Source: Candidatus Aenigmatarchaeota archaeon
GTDB taxonomy: Archaea; EX4484-52
Length of the DNA stretch: 58,917 bases
Direction of reading: 5' to 3'
Assembly: GCA_023137195.1 (NCBI GenBank)
Contig: JAGLPV010000012.1
Location: 1-58,917, forward strand
The notes beneath the pieces are model-generated. The model ran no database searches. It was not told where the DNA came from and saw nothing but the letters and a program-made list of their open reading frames with translations. Shown here one piece after another: positions 18,812 to 27,800 of this stretch. Within the stretch, counting starts at the first letter, position 1, and every line of letters starts with the position of its first letter. Position numbers and translations under genes: made by a program.

Positions 18812-21800
18812 GCAAGATAAATCCTGAAGAAATAGACGATAAGTTGACTAAACTAAAGAATATGCTGGTTGTTGTTGAGAGTGAGGTAGATAAAACGTCA
18901 ATGATTCTGGAAAAAGAGTTATCGAATAAAGACAGAAAAGAGCTAAAGAAGCATCTTGATAAATTAACGAATGGTTATGCTAAGGCAAAATCGATGATAG
19001 AAATATGTGAAGGTGCAAAGGAACTTTTGGATAAAAGGAATAAAGCAGAGGATAGATTGAAGTGGGCAGGAGATATTGAGAGAGGGAATCTTAAAATAGA
19101 AATTAGTAGAATAAATGAGGAACTGGAGGAATTAAAGAAATCTGTTCCCAAGAGGATGGGTTTATTTGGACAACTTAAAACTATTCTTGAAAAGAGACAT
19201 GAAAGACCACCAAAAGGAATGGTTGGATTTTTGGGAAGGAAAAAAACAGATAAAACCAGACTTTCTGAGGAATTAAGAAACGAGTTTGGTTTAGAGCTCT
19301 ACAAAATTAAGCTTTCAAATAGACAGATAGAAGAATTGAGCGAAAAGTTAAGCAAATATGGCTCTCTAAATGAAATAAATTTATACGAAGCAGGAATATG
19401 TCCTGAATGTGGAGGTAAGAAGGTTACCCAAAGGTATGGTGAGTTTGTTTGCAATATGTGCAATCCAGAAATAGAAGAGCTAAAGCAACGCCCTGCTTTT
19501 ATTGGTGAAGTGGAGGAAAGACCGGAATTTGGTGTCCTGGGAAAAAAGAAAGATTACCTCTCAAAAGATGAGATATACAAATTATGTGAAGAGGCAGGAA
19601 AAAATTCTCCGGTTGCCGCCAAGTTAGAGTTTATTGCCACTCTTATTAAAGGAGGCAAATCTTTGGATGCTATGGTTAGGGAAACTAAAAAGAATGCTCG
19701 TTTTGGAGGACCTATATCTCAAAATATGTCTCCTTGGAAAAAAGGAGCAATAAGTAGATTTTATGTAGAAGAATTCAAAAAATTATACAAACTAACGAAT
19801 GAAGAAGAAAGATCTAAAGATGAGTTAAATACTGCGCTCAGAAAGATAAAAGAGAAATGTGAATTTTGGCAGGAAGAAAACATCGAAGAAAAATACCTGC
19901 GTAGAAATCCAAAGAAAGTAAATGGATACAACCGTCTGAAAGAATATGCAAAGAAGAAGAACCTTTCTCTTTTTCCTGAACAAATAATTAGTATATTAGA
20001 ACAACCAGGTAATAGTTCTAGTCGAGGAGGTAAAGGGATAAAAAGCATAATTTTTATTGCAAAGTTAAGAGACAAAGTAAAAGATAGATTTGGGGTAGAC
20101 ATAAATAGCGAAGTAGGATATGATATTGCGTTAAAAAAAAATCATATCTTATGGAAAAATATATCTGATGAATGGCTGGCTAAAAATACACTGCACCATA
20201 AATCGATTATAAGAAATGTTAAACAATTTTCTAAAGCATCTCCACTAATATTTGGAAGGGAAATGTCTGAATCTAAAATAAAGGCAGTAATACAGAAATT
20301 ACAAGAAAATAATGTTAAGTTAAGTTGTAATAATGTTGTGGAATTGGTAGAGAATGCAGAAAGAATATGTGATTTAGTTAAAGAAGGCAATACGGTTCAA
20401 GGGGCGACATCTTCTGTAATAAAAAGACTTTCTGAAAATCAGGTTAAAACTAGTGGAAAAAAGTTATCTGAAGAACACAATAATAAAATAAGAGCATTAA
20501 GAAAATATGTATTTGGAGTCTTAAATAAATCCAGTTTATTGAGAGCAAAAATTGATGAAAGATTGCATTCGGAGATAAAAGCTTATGCAGAAGAGGGGAA
20601 ACAGACATTGACGGATGGAGAGGTCATACGTATCTCCAAACAGCATCCAAATGATTATGAAACTATTCTTGATTTACTTCCAAAAATAGAAGCGTATGCA
20701 AAAAAAAAAGATCTTGTATCTCATAGTTACACATTCAAAATAGTCAATTGTGCTCCAGGAACATGCAAAGACATAGTATTTTCTGCTTCTGAGTTAAAGA
20801 AGAGATTAAGAGACAAATATGGAATAAAAACAAGTGATGATAATTGCATGGGATATGCTCTGGGAAATAGAAACTGGAATGATGAACCTGAGAAAGATTT
20901 AATTAAAAATATAAGGGGTTGTACGTTGGAAAATGTGGATGAGATAAAACTCTCAGAAAATTCTGAATTAATATTTGGGAAATATATAGACCCTCATAAA
21001 ATAGAAGAAGTTATCAACAATTTGATGAATGGCGGCAGAATTTTCTCATTAAATAGTATTGGACGCGTGATTATACGTTCTGACTTTGGACATACAATAA
21101 AAGAGAGAGAGATTGATATAACCAACATGGATGATTTAGAAAAAGAAAATGATAAATCAAATATTCGAGTGACGGGTAAAAGAGTAGGAAAAAATGATAC
21201 AGATGTTATTGAATTTATTTCTGAGAATCCTGACAAAAAACAAGTTTATTTGGATGTAAAAAAATATGCCGAGCAAAAAGAGGTAGACTTGGATGTTAAT
21301 GATATTATATATATAACCAAATATCATTATAATAAATATAAAAGGATAATTGATGCGTTTTTAGATATACAAATGTATGCTGAAGAAAATGAGTTTGATT
21401 TATCTAAAAATGAAATTATGCAGTTGATTCGTGAGTATCTTAGTAGTTATAGGACGGTAATAGATTATGCTTCAAACTTAAGGTACATACAAGTGAAAAA
21501 ATATGGACTTCAGTACGATGATTCTGAATATATTAATGTGGCCATGCGAAGAAGACAAAAATCCAATATAGATGAAATAATTGAAAAATCTCAGTATGGG
21601 AAAGCAAATGTGATAAATCCTGAAAAATTCTCAAAATTTTCTGAACAAGTATTAGGAAAATATTTAGAATCAAGAGAGATAGAGAGAGTTATTAATGAAT
21701 TATTTGAGCTAAGTAAAAAGCCGACTTTGAGGAATATTCGGGCGTTGTTACATCGAAAGAAACTGAGGCGAGAGTTTAGGATAGATAAGGATATTGATTA

Positions 21801-24800
21801 TTGTATAAAGGTGCAGTTGGATGAAACTGAAAAAACAAAAGGAGTGGCAACTGAGCCAATTAGAAAATTATGTTATTCTAATGAGCCCATAAGAAATAAG
21901 AATTTTTTAATAGGTATAAAACGGATATATGGCGGAAATATTCCTGAATCAGTAATCGAGTCCATTAAAGAATTATTTCGTTCTGGGAAAAGCAATAATG
22001 TGCCTGTGACGTACAAAGATGTCAGGAAAATACTAAAGAGGTATGCTGGTGATGTTGCCGGGTCAGAGGAAGGTGGAGTTTCCGGTGGCGAAGAGGAAGT
22101 TCCTTCAAAGAAAGCTGGTTTGCCAGGAAAAAAAGGCTTTGTGGGAGGAGGAATTACAGATGTATTTGAAGAAGGGGAAGATTCAAATAATAATGATGAA
22201 GATATACAAAAAATACAAAATGCAGTTAATAAAAAAGGCACATCGAGAAAAGGAGAATTAAACACAGGTGTTCTCACAAGACAGCATTTATTTAAAAGTT
22301 TTAAGAGGTTCATGAATCCAAATGGCATTGATTACAAACCAGATGAAAAGAGCACAAAATCATCCGGGTTTTTGAAAAGAATAGAAAATAAAATAAAATC
22401 CTTTTCAAAGAAACCAGACGGAATTGAGAAAAATATAAAAGCAGGTTTTGAGTTAATTAATGGAGAATATGTTCCAGAGAAAAATCTGTTGACTACCACC
22501 AGAAAAGCATCTGCCTTTTTCCGGTTGGGTGGAATTGCGTCCAGCAATAAAGAAGGTGAAAAAAAACTTTCTGATTATCTGAAGAGAGAATTAAATCTAA
22601 ATCTGGACGACCTCAATCTTCAATACTGGCATAAAAAAGCATTATCTACTGACCTGAAACTATATGGAAAACTCAAGCCGATTTCATTGTTTGAAGTCGG
22701 AATATGTCCTTATTGCTATAATGGAGTTATAAATGAAGAATTAGGAGAATATAGATGTAACAAATGCAATAGGACTGATAAAATAGAAGAATCAATAATA
22801 CGCCATATTCCTGAAGCAAAGGGTAAAGCATGGGAAATTGTGCTCTCTAATAAAACGATATATGCTCTATGCAAACGTGCAGAAAAATCAAAAGATGCAA
22901 CGATTGCCGCTAAATTAGGGATGATAACGAACCATATTAAGAATGGACAGAGTATTGGTAATGCTATTGGGTTAGCAACCACTATTCTAAACAACCATAA
23001 TTGTAATAAGTATGAAAACAGTAATACAGAAAGAAGAGAACGTGAGATAAGGATGTTTTGTAATAGAGCGTTCGAAGAAATATATCGGGCAGGAAGAGTA
23101 CATGATTTTGGTTCAAAAGGAGAAAATATATTTACTCGGAAACACGAAGGGTCTTTCTTTCCATACACAGGAAAGCGAAAAAAAGAATATGAAGACATGA
23201 CAGGAGCAGTTGACTCAAATAACTCTTATTTGAAAGAACAGGAAAATGCAAGAACAAGTAATATAGCAATTGGAGAGGAAGGGGGCAAAGTGCTTGAAGA
23301 TACATCGAAAAATAGTAAAGACTTACTTAGCAAGATAAGTGAAGAACGGGCAAGAGAACTCTGGGTCAATGCAGACTCAAGAATAATGAGACTCATTCCA
23401 AAAGAAGAAAGTCGATATTGGGGATCTATGAATCTAAAAGAGAGAGAGGACATTTATGATGCAATAAAAAGGGGCGAGAAACCATACTATGCAGATACAT
23501 ATCCTCAAAAAATTATAGGGAATAAAAAAGTTAAGATTCCTCGTAATATCGGTGGTTTATTGGATGGTTTTTTGAAAAAGGGTTCAAAAATAACAGAATT
23601 GTCCCATCTAATAAAGAAAGGAGAAATACCATTATATACTGAGAAAGAATTGGGAGAATATGATATTAAACAAGGGAAGCCATCGTTTGGAGGCAAAGGA
23701 TGTGTACAACGTATTTATGCCAAAGATGAAGAAGGAAATATTCATAAGATTGCAGTAAAGACACCGTGGAAGAGTAAACAAATCAATAAGAGCGAATACG
23801 ATAATATCCGCATTTTCAGAAAATTTCTCCCGTCCAATGTTCCAATAGTTTACGATGACTTGACAATGGAACTAATCGAGGGAAGAACATTAGAGAACGT
23901 TCCAGAAAAAGAGCTGAAAAATCAGAGGTTCTTTGCTGAACTGGGCAGAATCATTGCAGTTATGCACAATCATAATTTTATTCACAGGGATTTAGTTCGT
24001 GAAAATATAATATTAGATGAAAAAGGAGTGTGGAAATTAATTGATTTTGGAGAGAGCATCCATTTAGAAGAGGAAATAGAAAATATAGATTCCAAATTAT
24101 TAATTTATCAAAAAAATGAATTTGACGATAATGGATCGAAACTTGTTTTCTGTAATTGTTATAGCGAGAGCATTAACAGCAATTTCTACCAAAACTATTT
24201 GGTTCATAGGAACCTGATAGAAATTGCTCCGTATGTAATATTGCAGAAAAAAGACAACAAAACCGTAGATGCTTTTTTCGAGTTTGTATTATTTATAGTA
24301 GAAAAGATAACAAACCAATCCGAACAAGTAGATGATTATCTTTCAAATTTCATAGACAAAACAAGAAATGTTATATCCAGATATTCCGAGAAGGAAATAC
24401 TGGAAAGAACAAGAAAAGATAGGCTGAAAATAAAACTTGCAAAATTTATAAAAAAAATAGAACAAAACCCGAATATTCATTTACATAAAACAGAAAAAAT
24501 AAAAGAAGAAACACCCAATACAACAGAACTTACATCCCTTGAAAATAAGTATAATGACTTAGTAAAAAGTAAGGTATACAACGAGCATGAAGAAAAATTC
24601 AAGCACAATGGGCTTGAAAAAATAAGAGAGAAAATTAACAACCTGAGAACTCCAGAGCATAGAGAAATAGAGGTAGAAGAAGCACAAAAACAGGGGCGTT
24701 CATTGAATAATTTCCTCCAGATGGGTTCAAAAGGAAAAACAGAGAGACAAGAAGAAGATAAATCAAGAATATACCTTAAAGAAACATCAGTGTCCAAAGT

Positions 24801-24879
24801 AGTAGAGAATGACAGACATGTCGTAACTGCCGCAAAAGAGGCAATTAAAAAAGCAGAAAATACAATAAACCAAATATGA
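18808..24879 (+). CDS. Giant multidomain protein 2 (2023 aa): coiled-coil N-terminus, two Zn-ribbon modules, helical tandem repeats, C-terminal protein-kinase-like domain
   Basis: ATGA overlap with gene 1; CPECGG...CNMC (19399) and CPYC...CNKC (22705); FGGKGCV...IAVK...HRDLVRENIIL...LIDFGES (23680-24060). Confidence 0.9.
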   Translation: MSKINPEEIDDKLTKLKNMLVVVESEVDKTSMILEKELSNKDRKELKKHLDKLTNGYAKAKSMIEICEGAKELLDKRNKAEDRLKWAGDIERGNLKIEISRINEELEELKKSVPKRMGLFGQLKTILEKRHERPPKGMVGFLGRKKTDKTRLSEELRNEFGLELYKIKLSNRQIEELSEKLSKYGSLNEINLYEAGICPECGGKKVTQRYGEFVCNMCNPEIEELKQRPAFIGEVEERPEFGVLGKKKDYLSKDEIYKLCEEAGKNSPVAAKLEFIATLIKGGKSLDAMVRETKKNARFGGPISQNMSPWKKGAISRFYVEEFKKLYKLTNEEERSKDELNTALRKIKEKCEFWQEENIEEKYLRRNPKKVNGYNRLKEYAKKKNLSLFPEQIISILEQPGNSSSRGGKGIKSIIFIAKLRDKVKDRFGVDINSEVGYDIALKKNHILWKNISDEWLAKNTLHHKSIIRNVKQFSKASPLIFGREMSESKIKAVIQKLQENNVKLSCNNVVELVENAERICDLVKEGNTVQGATSSVIKRLSENQVKTSGKKLSEEHNNKIRALRKYVFGVLNKSSLLRAKIDERLHSEIKAYAEEGKQTLTDGEVIRISKQHPNDYETILDLLPKIEAYAKKKDLVSHSYTFKIVNCAPGTCKDIVFSASELKKRLRDKYGIKTSDDNCMGYALGNRNWNDEPEKDLIKNIRGCTLENVDEIKLSENSELIFGKYIDPHKIEEVINNLMNGGRIFSLNSIGRVIIRSDFGHTIKEREIDITNMDDLEKENDKSNIRVTGKRVGKNDTDVIEFISENPDKKQVYLDVKKYAEQKEVDLDVNDIIYITKYHYNKYKRIIDAFLDIQMYAEENEFDLSKNEIMQLIREYLSSYRTVIDYASNLRYIQVKKYGLQYDDSEYINVAMRRRQKSNIDEIIEKSQYGKANVINPEKFSKFSEQVLGKYLESREIERVINELFELSKKPTLRNIRALLHRKKLRREFRIDKDIDYCIKVQLDETEKTKGVATEPIRKLCYSNEPIRNKNFLIGIKRIYGGNIPESVIESIKELFRSGKSNNVPVTYKDVRKILKRYAGDVAGSEEGGVSGGEEEVPSKKAGLPGKKGFVGGGITDVFEEGEDSNNNDEDIQKIQNAVNKKGTSRKGELNTGVLTRQHLFKSFKRFMNPNGIDYKPDEKSTKSSGFLKRIENKIKSFSKKPDGIEKNIKAGFELINGEYVPEKNLLTTTRKASAFFRLGGIASSNKEGEKKLSDYLKRELNLNLDDLNLQYWHKKALSTDLKLYGKLKPISLFEVGICPYCYNGVINEELGEYRCNKCNRTDKIEESIIRHIPEAKGKAWEIVLSNKTIYALCKRAEKSKDATIAAKLGMITNHIKNGQSIGNAIGLATTILNNHNCNKYENSNTERREREIRMFCNRAFEEIYRAGRVHDFGSKGENIFTRKHEGSFFPYTGKRKKEYEDMTGAVDSNNSYLKEQENARTSNIAIGEEGGKVLEDTSKNSKDLLSKISEERARELWVNADSRIMRLIPKEESRYWGSMNLKEREDIYDAIKRGEKPYYADTYPQKIIGNKKVKIPRNIGGLLDGFLKKGSKITELSHLIKKGEIPLYTEKELGEYDIKQGKPSFGGKGCVQRIYAKDEEGNIHKIAVKTPWKSKQINKSEYDNIRIFRKFLPSNVPIVYDDLTMELIEGRTLENVPEKELKNQRFFAELGRIIAVMHNHNFIHRDLVRENIILDEKGVWKLIDFGESIHLEEEIENIDSKLLIYQKNEFDDNGSKLVFCNCYSESINSNFYQNYLVHRNLIEIAPYVILQKKDNKTVDAFFEFVLFIVEKITNQSEQVDDYLSNFIDKTRNVISRYSEKEILERTRKDRLKIKLAKFIKKIEQNPNIHLHKTEKIKEETPNTTELTSLENKYNDLVKSKVYNEHEEKFKHNGLEKIREKINNLRTPEHREIEVEEAQKQGRSLNNFLQMGSKGKTERQEEDKSRIYLKETSVSKVVENDRHVVTAAKEAIKKAENTINQI
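19930..22040 (+). repeat. 3-4 diverged ~160-aa helical repeats in giant protein 2
   Basis: Recurring (L/I/V)KxYA...L(R)D/KKxG(V/I/L)...S-x-(L/V)(I/L)(F)G(R/K)...I(E/K)xVIxxL units starting near 19930, 20570, 21245 and partially 21760. Confidence 0.65.
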
Positions 24880-27800
24880 AAAGCACAACCGTAGATGAAA
24901 TAAATTGGCTATTAATTAAATTAGAAAAAGAATTCTCTAAGGTCAATGAAAATATAAGGAAAACAGAAGATGTACAAGTAGAAGTGCAAAATAAAAAGGA
25001 AATGAAAAAGCTTGACGATTCGCTTAAGGAATTAAAAGAGACAAAGCTAAAATTAGAAAAGACAATGCATAAATGCTGGAAGGCAGGAGAATTACTGGAG
25101 GAGAGAGATAAACTTAAAGATGAACTGGAGAAATTTCCGAAGGAAAGCCCGGGATTTAGTGAAAAGAAGGAAGAACTTAAACAAAAACAGCATGAAATTG
25201 ATGAATTTAAGGGCAAGGAGGGGTGGCATTTTTCCAGGTTGCCCAGCATATTTGGAGAGCTAGGTCATAAGCTGTCCGGGAAGCCCGGAAAAAAATACAG
25301 CGAACCTGTAAAAATAGTTCCTGAAAACATCACTCAACTTATCAAACAACTTGAAGGTAGAGATACTACTAAGGCTGGCGAAGCGGCACTCTTAATTGAG
25401 AAAATGGCAAAGAGGCTTCCTGGTGAGATCAAATACAAAATACTTCCTGCCCTCAAGCCATTGGGGGAATTTGTCAGGAAAGGAAAAGATGAAAAGGCAC
25501 TTTTGAATGTGGCTTATGCACTGGAGCGTATATCCAGCATGCCTTCTAATGAAAAATATACAGATGAATTTATTCCTATAATAGAGCCATTATCCTGTTC
25601 GCTTAAACCAAAAGGAAACCCGAAAATTTGCAAACGGATTATTTCTGCGCTTGTGCACATATCTTGTAAGCTCCGGGGAGATAAGCAGGAAAGAATGATT
25701 GACGTGCTTCCAGTACTAGTGAGATTAATAAGACATGGAACAGAAGAAGAACGTAGTAGTGCCCGTGAATTGTTTGAAATAATAATCCTCTATGTCCCTC
25801 TTGAAAAGGCAGACGTGCTTGTTGGTTCAGTTAAGGAATTAAATAATCTGTTGAGAGTTGAAAATCAAGATGTGCGTTCTGTTGCTGCTACTTTAGCAAT
25901 TCATACAATAAAAAGAATTCCTTTAGACAATAGGGATATTCTGTCTGTGATAAAGAATTTTGATGTGTCAAGAGAAGATAAAAATAAGGCTGTTCGTAAT
26001 TATGCTCGTCTTCTGTATAATATGGATTCCAATGCATTATATTGGCAGGGTATCGAAACCAGGAAATCGGAAAGTCCTAAAAATATGGATGAAGCTATCC
26101 GGATGCTTGAAAAAGACAGTGAAACATGTAATTATGCATGTAGTTGGATATGGAGGGAAGAACAAAAAAAATCTGCTGAAACAGAACACTTACTTATTCC
26201 AGTGGTACATCCATTGGTGGGTGTGCTTCATACAAAAAAAGAACCATATATCATTAATGTTGTTGCCAGAATACTGCATAAGATAATAACAAAACTCCCC
26301 GACGATAGAAAAGAAATATTTATCAAGGAATATGTTTTCCTGGGAGATTTGCTTGAAAGCCATAAGATGCCAAAAAATAGGAGGGCTGCCGCGGGTTTAA
26401 TCAAAGATATTATAGAATATATTCCCGACAGATATTTTGAGAAGCTTTCCTTAAAAGGTGGCTTGTTTGGGATGACAAGTGATGGGGATATAGAGGTTCG
26501 TCTGTATGCCAAAGAAGCGTGGAGGATAAGAGACAATAGACTACCCGGACTAAAATTGGAAAAACATACAGAAAAGAGCGGTGCAAATGATAAAGAGGAA
26601 TATAGTTTGGGTTCTGTTGAAGATAAATTGGAGAAGCAGGTCATAAAGAAAATTAGTGTAAGAGTCAGGGATAAATTAAAAGATAAAGATACTAAAGGGT
26701 ATACAAAAGAGGATGTTGAACAACTAATTAAAATAGCCTGTCTGGATAAAGAGGACACCTCTATTCGCATACGTGCCCTTAGTGTTATTGGATTAACAGC
26801 AGATTCAAGTACTGCTATTGAAACAGCATTAAATCTATTTAATGACAAAAATGAAGATGTGCGCAATAATGCCATTGCTTCAATAAAATCAATGGTACTA
26901 AATATTGATGTCTTTGGAGATGATGAAACGCGGGCAACGGTGCATGCGATTGCTCCATTGTGCGTGGTTATTAAAGGTGAAAATAAAAAGGCGCGTTACA
27001 ATGCAATTCGCTCTTTTTCATCCATAGTGGAAAAACTGCCGGAAGATAAAAAAGCAGAGTTGATTCCTTCAATTGATTTATTTTTGGGGAGATTGAACCG
27101 AAAAAAAGAGCCAGATAATAATATGCGTGCAAATTGCGCGGGTGTGCTTGTACAATTAGCATCGAGATTGCCCGAGTATGAAAAAGCCACTGCCGAAACG
27201 GACAGGCTTATTGAAATAATAAAAGAAAAGAGGGAATTTATAGATGTGTATCGAGATGTTTTACATGTACTTTCAGTGCTTTCTTTTCAGCTTCCGTCAA
27301 ATAATATGCATAAATACATTCCTATAACAGAGGAACTGTTTGGCATTATATACAGGAATAATGTGTATATAAAAGAGAGCGATAATGAAAAAAAGAGAAT
27401 TGCTTCAACTAATCATGCCGTTGTTATATTATGTCATATGATAGAAAAACTGCCGGAAGACAAAAAAGAGAAATTTTTTAGTCTTATTGATGGTCGTCTG
27501 TCAATGCTTCTTGAAAAAGGAAATGTGTCAGGACTGCGCAAAATTGCTGCTGAATTAATTGAATTGATGGCAAAACATCTTTCCGGCAAATACAGGGAAA
27601 AATATCCTTTGTCGGTTGAAGAATTGATTAAATTAACAAAAGATGAGGATGTAGAGGTTGCTAACCGTGCTCAGATTGTACGAAGCTTTCTGGCTGGTGG
27701 TGGAAACAAGGGTTTGCTCGATGATGTGCGTGGAGAAGAAGGTAAAAAGACAGGAAGGAAAAAACCGGGGAAAAAAGGATTTGTGGGAAGACCTCGTTTA

